Assembly: GCA_016722065.1 (NCBI GenBank)
Contig: JADKGX010000002.1
Location: forward strand, 778,256-842,255
Source: Planctomycetota bacterium
Lineage (GTDB): Bacteria > Planctomycetota > UBA8742 > UBA2392
Direction: 5' to 3'
DNA length: 64,000 bases
The translations under genes and the position numbers were made by a program. Below, piece by piece: positions 56,712-64,000 of this stretch (the stretch's first letter is position 1; each line of letters begins with the position of its first letter). The notes beneath the pieces were generated by a model. The model saw only the letters and a list, made by a program, of their open reading frames with translations. It was not told the DNA's origin and searched no databases.

Positions 56712-57587
56712 CTACTTCTGCAACGCTGCTGCGCCGCCCACGATCTCGGCGATTTCCTGCGTGATCATGGCCTGGCGGGCGCGGTTGAGTGTGCGCGTCA
56801 GGTTGGTGATCATTTCCGTGGCGTTGTCGGTGGCGCTCTTCATGGCCGTGCGGCGGGCCACTTGCTCGCCGGCGGTGCTCATGGCCAGCATGGTGTACAT
56901 GGTCTGGGTTACATAACGCGGCAGCAGGTCTTCCAGGATGTCCTTGGCCGACGGGCTGAAAATGAAATCCGATTGCGCGCCGCCAGCGGGCTTTCCGGCC
57001 GGGGGTTCAATCGGAAGCAGTTTCTTGACTGTCGGCGGCTGCGAGCCAATGCTTTTCCAGTGCGGGTAAATCACCAGCACTTCGTCGACTTCTTTGTCCA
57101 GAAACAGCTTCACAACCGGCTGGATAATGCGGCGGGCGTCTTCGAACGTTGGCTTGTCTGATACATCCACCACCGAACGCGCGATTTCATAGCCCTGAAA
57201 GCGCAGCGTGCCGTTGCCCTTCTTGCCCACGACTTCCAGGCGAATCTTGCGCCCAAGCTGAAGTTGCTCGGCATGGGTAATCTTGCACAGGCGAATCAGG
57301 TTGGCATTGAACCCGCCGCACAGGCCACGGTTGGCCGTAAGCAGCAGCATCAACACGTTCTTGACGTCGGGACGCTTTTGCAGCAACGGAAGTTCTGAAC
57401 CCATGCCGCCGCCGGCAATCGCGCTGATGATTTCGTCCAGTTTGGCGGTGTAGGGACCTGCGGCCTGCACGCGGTCCTGGGCACGCTTCATTTTGCTGGT
57501 GCTGACCAATTCCATGGTCTTGGTGATCTTTTTTGTCGAAGAAACCGACTTGATGCGCTTGCGGATTTCCTTGGGGCGTTCAGCCAT
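56712..57587 (-). CDS. atpG: F-type ATP synthase gamma subunit
   Basis: MAERPKEIRKRIKSVSSTKKITKTMELVSTSKMKRAQDRV and the C-terminal ITQEIAEIVGGAAAL. ATG 57587 lies 9 nt after GGAAGG. No other atp genes are adjacent. Confidence 0.9.
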   Translation of the reverse strand: MAERPKEIRKRIKSVSSTKKITKTMELVSTSKMKRAQDRVQAAGPYTAKLDEIISAIAGGGMGSELPLLQKRPDVKNVLMLLLTANRGLCGGFNANLIRLCKITHAEQLQLGRKIRLEVVGKKGNGTLRFQGYEIARSVVDVSDKPTFEDARRIIQPVVKLFLDKEVDEVLVIYPHWKSIGSQPPTVKKLLPIEPPAGKPAGGAQSDFIFSPSAKDILEDLLPRYVTQTMYTMLAMSTAGEQVARRTAMKSATDNATEMITNLTRTLNRARQAMITQEIAEIVGGAAALQK

Positions 57588-57719
57588 GGCCAGCATCCTT
57601 CCGTGGGCGCGCGAGTCTGTGAATCCGGCCCCCCGGGGTCAAGAGGAAGGCCGGCAACTTCACTCTGCATCGGGCGGCAATGCGCTTCCAAATCGCGTCG
57701 GGTAAATCACAATCAGCCC

Positions 57720-58694
57720 ATGCTTGCCCGACCCGTTGGTCATGATCAGGTTCGACAGTGGCTTTGCCGGGCCGTTGTTGCGCGGCGCGTGGCCGGGGGC
57801 TATTTGTTCACAGGGCCGGAAGGCATTGGCAAGGCCGCCTTTGCCCGCGAGTTTGCCGCCACGCTGCGCTGCGAATCGCCACAGCAGCATTGGGCCTGTG
57901 GCCAATGCGGGCAATGCCTGCGCGTGGCGCGCGATGTGCACCCCAATGTGCGCTGGTTTCGAAAGCCGGCCGACAAAACCGAGTTTCCCGTTGAGGTGGT
58001 GCGCGAAATCTGCGACGAAGCCAGCCTGCGCCAACTGGAACCCGGCCGCCGCGTGTTCATTGTTGACGATGCCGACCGCTTCAATGAAAGCAGCGCCAAC
58101 GCGTTTTTGAAGTCACTGGAAGAACCGCCAGCCGGGCTGACCTTTGTGCTGCTGGCCGGAAATGTAGCCGAGGTACTGCCCACGATCCTGTCGCGCTGCC
58201 AGGCGGTGCGATTTGCCCCGCTGCCCGAAGCCTTGATGCAGCAGGTCAGCCGTGGCTGGCAAGGCCAGCCGGTGAACCCGCAATCACGTGCCATGCTGGT
58301 TCGCGCGGCGCAAGGAAGCCCCGGGCGCTTGAAGCAGATGACCGAGTACGCCACGCTGGATGCCGTGGCGGCGTTCCTGCAAGCCGTGGCGCGGGACCCG
58401 TTTCATGCCTCGGAGCTGGTCTCGGAAAGCATTTCCCAGGCCGATGAGAACGAAGGCCGGCGCGACCGCCTGCGTGAAGTGATGGGGCTGCTTTGCGCCC
58501 ACCTGCGCGACCGGCTGGCCTGCGCCATGGCCCTGCAGACCCCGCCGCTGCTGGAACCGCGCCATGTGGAGGCCGCCAGCGCCGACCACCTGCTGGTGGC
58601 GCTTCGAAAACTGGACGACATGCGCCAACGCGTAGATGGCAACGTGAACCTGAAGCTGTGCTGCGATGCGATCGCGCTGGGTTGGCCGGCTTGA
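57720..58694 (+). CDS. holB: DNA polymerase III delta-prime subunit
   Basis: YLFTGPEGIGKAAFAREFA, zinc-module-like CGQCGQC, VFIVDDADRFNESSANAFLKSLEEPP and LPTILSRCQAVRF. ATG 57720. Confidence 0.85.
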   Translation: MLARPVGHDQVRQWLCRAVVARRVAGGYLFTGPEGIGKAAFAREFAATLRCESPQQHWACGQCGQCLRVARDVHPNVRWFRKPADKTEFPVEVVREICDEASLRQLEPGRRVFIVDDADRFNESSANAFLKSLEEPPAGLTFVLLAGNVAEVLPTILSRCQAVRFAPLPEALMQQVSRGWQGQPVNPQSRAMLVRAAQGSPGRLKQMTEYATLDAVAAFLQAVARDPFHASELVSESISQADENEGRRDRLREVMGLLCAHLRDRLACAMALQTPPLLEPRHVEAASADHLLVALRKLDDMRQRVDGNVNLKLCCDAIALGWPA

Positions 58695-58771
58695 CCCCTA
58701 CGCCGGCAAAGCCTACTTCTGCTATCCGTGCCCCCGCACTAAGGTGCCAGCCCCAAGCAAGCCCGGTGCAC

Positions 58772-61432
58772 ATGAAACAATGGCGGGTGCTTTGGCTGCT
58801 GATTCTGCTGCTCGCGGTTGCGGGTTCCAGCCTGCACGCCCAGAACACCACAGAGACTCCAACCAGCCCCGGCAAGGTCGAAATCGCCTATGTCGTCGAA
58901 GACGACGCTGAAACGTTTTGGGAAATCCGCCGCGAAGGCACCAGCGGCCCCTTTGTGCTGGCGCTGCCCTTTGCCGTGCGCCTGAACTACGCCGACACCA
59001 CGCGCCCCAAGGCCGGCGGGGCCACCGTAACCAAGAAGCTGGAACTGCTGGCCGACCGCGCGTTGATCTGGTTTGAGCCCGAATCGGCCGACAAATCCAA
59101 GGTTGAGGGCGACCCTTTTCTGGCCATGTCTTCGGGGGTGCGCAATCTTCAATTCTATGGCGAAGGCAACGTCTGGCTGCGTTACTCGATCGGGTCCGAC
59201 AGCCTGACGATTCGCGCCGACGTGGTGTATCTCGACTTCGCCAAGAGCCGCGTGGTCAGCTACACATCCACCGGCGAGGAAACCTTTGCCGAAGAATTGA
59301 ACCTGCGCGGCCGCCTCAAGAACGTGCGCGCCCACAGCGGCGCCGGCGACGACGGCGGCGATGCAAAAGCCGGCGGCCTGCCGCTGAAAACCGGCATTGG
59401 CATTGGCGACGCCGCCGACGAAGCCCGCGACCCAAGCCGCAGCGACGGTATTGGTGCCGCGCCCTCGGACGACGCCGTGCCCCAGCGCGCGGGCCGCTTC
59501 AAGTCCCTGCCCCAGGAACGCGGGCTGCGGCTGTTCCTGCGCGCCAACGAACTTCGCCTGCTGAAACTGAACCCCGAAGAACAAGAAGTGGAACTGGAGG
59601 GCGGCAGCATCAGTTCCAGTTCGCTGGCTGTAGCTTCGTATTCGCTGGCCGCAGATTTTCTGACGATCCGGCTGACCAAGCTGCGAAGAACTGCATACAT
59701 CACCCGGCCGGCGATTCGTGTGCTGGACTTTCCGCTGCTGCGGCTGGACGTGGAGGATTACGCCTTTGACCTGGACAGTTCGCCGTTTATCCGGCAGCTC
59801 GATCTGGGGCGGTCCAGCCAGTATGGCTACTGGTTTCGCACCTACATTGACGCCGTGGCGACCTACGACTTTTTTGGCGACCCGGAACCGCCCTTTCGCC
59901 CGTTGCAACTCGGCCCGCAACTGGATTACTACACCGATCGCGGCTTTGGCAGCGGCGTCAACCTGGATTGGGGCGGCATGAAGCCCTTTGAGCCCTTTGG
60001 CAAGGCCAGCCTGCGCAGCTATTACATCCACGACCGCGGCGATGACCGCGACCGCGCCCGAGAACTGGGTTACTTCCCGCTGGAAAACCAGAACCGCGGC
60101 CGGGTGCTGGGCGCCTACAGCCAGGGGTTTGATGGCGGCTGGCAGCTGGACAACATCTTTTCCTATGAAAGCGATCGCACCTTCCGGCGCGAGTTTTACC
60201 AGCGCGAATACGACAACAACGAACCCAATGAAAGCTATATCCGCCTGACCAAGCGTGACGGGCCGCTGAACTTTTTTCTGTTGCTGGCACCGCGCGTCCA
60301 CCCCTGGCAGGACCGCACCGAATACCTGCCGACACTGGGCTTTGACGTATCACGCGTAGAGGTTGGCGACTTCGGGCTGCAACTTTCCAGCCATTCCGAG
60401 GCCTCCATGCTCGTGCTGCGCCCGCACAAGAAAAGCGACCCCCGGCCTGACACCTATGTGCCGCGCATAGACAGCGCCACCTGGTTCAACCTTCCGCTGC
60501 AAGTGGGGCCATTTGCGTTTGACCCCTTTGTGGGGGCACGCGTGACCATGGCCAATACTTTTCTGAAGATTCCCGGCGATGCACACCGACCCGACCTTGG
60601 CGCCGATGGCACCTTTCAGGGCTTGCGCCCGGGCGACGAACGCGACCACGGATACCTGTATCGCGTGATGCCCTTCTTTGGCGCCAACCTGCAGACTTTT
60701 TTCACCCGCACCTACCCCGATGTAAAGATTCCCTGGCTTGGCATTGACGGCCTGCGACACGTGTTTACGCCCTTTGTGCGCTATCGCAACGTGGCCTGGA
60801 ACTCGCTGGACGAAGCACCAGAGCGGGCGTTTATCCCGATGGACCCCGTGGACACGCTGGACGAGTTTGAAGAAGTGCGCGTCGGCTTTCGCAACCGCCT
60901 GCAAACGCGCACAGGCACCGGTGCGGACCGCCACACCACGGACTACTTTGAGTTGATGCTGGAACTGCCGCTGTACCCCCACCACCGGCGCGACAACCGC
61001 GGGCGCTTTTACGGCGACGTCGAAATCTCCGCCCAGTGGCGGCCGGCACCGCGCTTTGCCCTGGCCGGAACGGTTTTCATTGACCCGATCACCGGCAACT
61101 TCAACCGCGCCAGCGCCAGCTTTCGCTTTGATATCGTCGAGTTCGGCCAGGCCAACATTTACTACCGCTTGCTCAAGGGCCAGCACCAGGTGGTGGGTGT
61201 TCAACTGGAGTTGACGTTGTCGGAACTGTATCGCGTCAGCGCCAAGCAGGAATACGACATGGAAGCCGGGCGCTTTCGCGACACGCGGGTCGAACTCTCC
61301 CGCCGCATCCTGGAAGCCGTGGATCTGGGGTTTGTATTTTCGCGCGATGCCGTGGAAGGCGACATCGGCTTCTACTTCAGCCTCAGCGCGGCCTTTCGCG
61401 CGCCCAAGGGTGGCTCCAGCCTGCTTCGTTAG
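58772..61432 (+). CDS. outer-membrane beta-barrel protein, LptD/OstA-like (tentative)
   Basis: ATG 58772 gives the signal peptide MKQWRVLWLLILLLAVAGSSLHAQ. The N-terminal OstA-like segment is RALIWFEP...GEGNVWLRY...IRADVVYLDF. The C-terminal half is long, beta-rich and aromatic-rich, ending FYFSLSAAFRAP... Confidence 0.6.
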   Translation: MKQWRVLWLLILLLAVAGSSLHAQNTTETPTSPGKVEIAYVVEDDAETFWEIRREGTSGPFVLALPFAVRLNYADTTRPKAGGATVTKKLELLADRALIWFEPESADKSKVEGDPFLAMSSGVRNLQFYGEGNVWLRYSIGSDSLTIRADVVYLDFAKSRVVSYTSTGEETFAEELNLRGRLKNVRAHSGAGDDGGDAKAGGLPLKTGIGIGDAADEARDPSRSDGIGAAPSDDAVPQRAGRFKSLPQERGLRLFLRANELRLLKLNPEEQEVELEGGSISSSSLAVASYSLAADFLTIRLTKLRRTAYITRPAIRVLDFPLLRLDVEDYAFDLDSSPFIRQLDLGRSSQYGYWFRTYIDAVATYDFFGDPEPPFRPLQLGPQLDYYTDRGFGSGVNLDWGGMKPFEPFGKASLRSYYIHDRGDDRDRARELGYFPLENQNRGRVLGAYSQGFDGGWQLDNIFSYESDRTFRREFYQREYDNNEPNESYIRLTKRDGPLNFFLLLAPRVHPWQDRTEYLPTLGFDVSRVEVGDFGLQLSSHSEASMLVLRPHKKSDPRPDTYVPRIDSATWFNLPLQVGPFAFDPFVGARVTMANTFLKIPGDAHRPDLGADGTFQGLRPGDERDHGYLYRVMPFFGANLQTFFTRTYPDVKIPWLGIDGLRHVFTPFVRYRNVAWNSLDEAPERAFIPMDPVDTLDEFEEVRVGFRNRLQTRTGTGADRHTTDYFELMLELPLYPHHRRDNRGRFYGDVEISAQWRPAPRFALAGTVFIDPITGNFNRASASFRFDIVEFGQANIYYRLLKGQHQVVGVQLELTLSELYRVSAKQEYDMEAGRFRDTRVELSRRILEAVDLGFVFSRDAVEGDIGFYFSLSAAFRAPKGGSSLLR

Positions 61433-61459
61433 GGCCAGGCGGCCCCTGCCTGACAAAAC

Positions 61460-61485
61460 AAGGCCCCCGCCTGCGCGGGGGCCTT
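61460..61485. terminator. bidirectional hairpin terminator between convergent genes
   Basis: An 11-bp stem aaggcccccgc / gcgggggcctt with loop ctgc, flanked by acaaaac on the left and tttgcgtt on the right. Confidence 0.7.
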
Positions 61486-61503
61486 TGCGTTGCATGTTAG
61501 CCG

Positions 61504-62535
61504 TTACTTGGGCAGGTTCTGCCAGGGCTTGGGCATGAACACCCAGCGCTCGTTCACATAGAACAGCCCGTCGTAGGCCATGCCCAGCTTCTCGCCGGGC
61601 TTGACGAACTTGAAGCGCACCAGGGTTACGCCCGGTTTGTAGTAATCCTTGGCCATCTTGTAGCCGCGAGGCAGGTCTTGTTCCGCGGCTGCATTCCAGG
61701 CAATCACGTCGTCGGTCTTGAACATCCACAGGGCCAGTTCTGTGTTTTCGGGCTTGCTGATAATCGAGGGTCGGTTGTCATAAACGGTGTTGTAGTGGGC
61801 TGTGTAGTGGGCGGCGGCTTTGTCGTTGTAGATCGCTTCCACATCTTTCTTGCGCGGGCGCAGGGCGTCTGTCAGCAGGTCCAGGTCGGCATCCTTGGCC
61901 AGAAACAGCTTCAGCATCGACTCCGCGCCTTCTTTGTCGCCCTTATACTTCAGCGAGATGCTGTCGGCGGGAACGTCGACATCACCGGTGTAGTCTTCCG
62001 TATGGTCACGCAGCACGTTCCAGGGCATGGGCAGAAACACCCAGCGCCCGGCCGCAAAGGCCAGCCCAAAGCCAACCTGCCCCTTGGGCCCGCCATCCTT
62101 GTAGGACCGAATCGCAGCCCAGGTGACGCCGGGTTTCAGCTTGCCGGCAAGCCGGCGAATACCCGAAGGAAAGCGCGCCTTGGCATCGCCCTTCCATTCC
62201 TTGATTTCATCGCTGGTGGCCAGAAACACCTCCAGCCGGTTGTCTTCGGTCTTGGGAAACAGAATGTCGAAAATGCTGTCCAGCTTGCCCCAGAAACGTT
62301 CCGACATGACCGATTCTGCCGTGGCGGCAAACTCGCCGTCGAAGATCGCCTTGAATTCAGCACTGGTCGGCTGAAGCTTCTTCATCTCGGCTTTTTGATC
62401 GGCCTTGGCGTCGGCAAAGAAAGCGGCGGCCTTTTCGGCGCCGCCTTTGTCGGCCTTGGTCGCTGGTGCGTCTTGTGCCTGGCGAATCGTGGCCAACAGG
62501 GCCAGCGCGGCCATGGCGGCAATCAGTGTGCGCAT
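61504..62535 (-). CDS. secreted hypothetical protein with an internal domain duplication
   Basis: ATG 62535 gives the signal peptide MRTLIAAMAALALLATIRQAQD. Two homologous halves end in GRWVFLPMPWNVL and NERWVFMPKPWQNL. Confidence 0.65.
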   Translation of the reverse strand: MRTLIAAMAALALLATIRQAQDAPATKADKGGAEKAAAFFADAKADQKAEMKKLQPTSAEFKAIFDGEFAATAESVMSERFWGKLDSIFDILFPKTEDNRLEVFLATSDEIKEWKGDAKARFPSGIRRLAGKLKPGVTWAAIRSYKDGGPKGQVGFGLAFAAGRWVFLPMPWNVLRDHTEDYTGDVDVPADSISLKYKGDKEGAESMLKLFLAKDADLDLLTDALRPRKKDVEAIYNDKAAAHYTAHYNTVYDNRPSIISKPENTELALWMFKTDDVIAWNAAAEQDLPRGYKMAKDYYKPGVTLVRFKFVKPGEKLGMAYDGLFYVNERWVFMPKPWQNLPK

Positions 62536-62654
62536 GGGTTGCTCCTGGTTTGTGCTACAGCTTACGCCGCAGGCCGGTTGCTGCAAACTACCGTTTCCGA
62601 CACTGGCCCTTGGCGCAGGCGGAACTAGTCTGCCCCGGCAAGGAGAGGCGCCGC

Positions 62655-63962
62655 ATGAAGGTATCTGTGATTGGTTCTGGACACGTCGGGCTGGTAACCG
62701 GCGTGTGCTTTGCGGAAAAAGGCCACGAGATTCTGTGCGTGGACCACGACACCGAAAAGCTGGCCAAGCTCAAGAAAGGCGAATCGCCGTTCTATGAGCC
62801 CGGCATGAACGAACTGTTGCAGAAACACCTGGCCAGCAAGCGCCTGCAGTTCAGCAACCGCACCGAAGACGCCGTTGAATACGGCCAGGCCATTTTCATC
62901 TGCGTGGGCACACCCAGCACTGCGCGCGGCAAAGCCGACATGACGTTTGTCGAGAAAGTCGCCCAGACGATTGCGGAAAACCTGAAGGAATACCGGCTGG
63001 TGATTGAAAAGAGCACCGTGCCGATCAAAACCGGCGAGCGCATCAAGCGCACGATTGCACGCTATGCCAAGGGCGACGCGCAGTTCGATGTCGCCAGCAA
63101 CCCTGAATTCCTGCGCGAAGGCAGCGCCATCGAAGACACACTCAAGCCTGACCGGGTTGTCGTGGGCGTGGACAGCGCCAAGGCCGAAAGCCTGCTGCGC
63201 GAAGTCTATGCCGGATTCAATTGCCCGATTGTCGTGACCAGCGTGGGCAGCGCCGAATTGATCAAGCACGCCAGCAACAGCTTTCTGGCACTCAAGATCA
63301 CCTTTGCCAATTGGCTGGCCCGGCTGTGCGAGGCCAGCGGCGCAGATGTAGAGCAAGTCGTGCATGGCATGGGCCTGGACCATCGCATTGGCAAGCACTT
63401 CTTGAACGCCGGCATTGGTTACGGAGGCAGTTGCTTTCCCAAGGATGTTGACGCGCTGGCGCACATCGCAGAGGAACTGCGCGTCGATGCCAGCATGATT
63501 CGCGGCATCAGCGACATGAACAAAGGCCAGTTGCAGGCCTTCTACGACAAGATTGAAAAAGAGCTGTGGGTGCTGACCGACAAGACGATTGCCATCTGGG
63601 GGCTTGCCTTCAAGCCTAACACCGACGACCTGCGCGAGGCCCCGGCACTGCGGCTGATCGAGATGTTGAAGAAAGCCGGCGCCAAAATCCGCGCCCACGA
63701 CCCCGTGGCCATGCCCAACACACGCAAGCTGCATCCGGACCTTTACTTTGCCAAAGACGCCATTGATGCCGCCCATGGCGCCGATGCGCTGGTTGTCTGC
63801 ACGGAATGGCCGCAATACCGCGAAACGGACCTGGCCAAGGTAAAGGCCGTGCTGCGCGTGCCGATCATCTTTGACGGTCGCAACTGTCTGGACCGCAAGC
63901 GCGCCGCGGAACTGAACATGCGGCTGTTTGGCATTGGCAAGTCGGCCGTGGGCCCGGCCTGA
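62655..63962 (+). CDS. ugd: UDP-glucose 6-dehydrogenase (UDP-glucose/GDP-mannose dehydrogenase family)
   Basis: MKVSVIGSGHVGLVTGVCFAEKGH, NPEFLREGSAIED, GYGGSCFPKD (catalytic Cys) and GLAFKPNTDDLREAP. ATG 62655 preceded by aaggagagg. Confidence 0.93.
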   Translation: MKVSVIGSGHVGLVTGVCFAEKGHEILCVDHDTEKLAKLKKGESPFYEPGMNELLQKHLASKRLQFSNRTEDAVEYGQAIFICVGTPSTARGKADMTFVEKVAQTIAENLKEYRLVIEKSTVPIKTGERIKRTIARYAKGDAQFDVASNPEFLREGSAIEDTLKPDRVVVGVDSAKAESLLREVYAGFNCPIVVTSVGSAELIKHASNSFLALKITFANWLARLCEASGADVEQVVHGMGLDHRIGKHFLNAGIGYGGSCFPKDVDALAHIAEELRVDASMIRGISDMNKGQLQAFYDKIEKELWVLTDKTIAIWGLAFKPNTDDLREAPALRLIEMLKKAGAKIRAHDPVAMPNTRKLHPDLYFAKDAIDAAHGADALVVCTEWPQYRETDLAKVKAVLRVPIIFDGRNCLDRKRAAELNMRLFGIGKSAVGPA

Positions 63963-64000
63963 TTCCATCTGTTTGAAGGCTTCGCGGGCTTACATTCCGG

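Overview
High-G+C segment (over 60% by eye, not computed) that looks like chromosome from a diderm bacterium: it carries lgt, an LptD-like gene and PpiC/SurA-like genes. Several Ser/Thr kinases, ECF sigma factors and mostly weak Shine-Dalgarno sites give it a PVC/Planctomycetota-like flavour, but taxonomy cannot be established from this window. I support about 50 protein genes. Many are housekeeping: argB, a split-transketolase N-subunit, two CspA-family genes, rarA, tgt, lgt, ispG, an ABC-F ATPase, scpB, a thiolase, atpG, holB and a UDP-glucose dehydrogenase. These are interspersed with secreted or membrane hypothetical proteins. I recognised no rRNA, tRNA, CRISPR, transposase, integrase or phage genes. 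Points worth a second look: (1) At the left edge, a translationally coupled tandem of atypical Clp/Hsp100-like double-AAA+ ATPases has unassigned N- and C-terminal domains and degenerate NBD1 Walker B motifs; this is the best candidate for an undescribed system. (2) A dispersed intergenic repeat family combines a GC hairpin with GCAA/TTGC loop, a conserved tail, and phased CGGA(T/A) arrays. It fills every spacer between 13.2 and 16.7 kb, brackets an orphan gene, and forms a MITE-like inverted pair at 52.8 kb. (3) Mirrored 6x7-bp heptad arrays with central palindromes sit in the tgt/permease divergent leader region. (4) Several ORFs look interrupted or unusually initiated: an in-frame TAG, two frameshifts and an SD-supported CTG start. 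(5) There are unusual arrangements: a histone-H1-like tail on a flavin halogenase-like enzyme, a solitary atpG, an orphan transketolase N-subunit, and a sensor-less sigma-54 activator. All calls come from reading the sequence and the ORF track; no database search was run.
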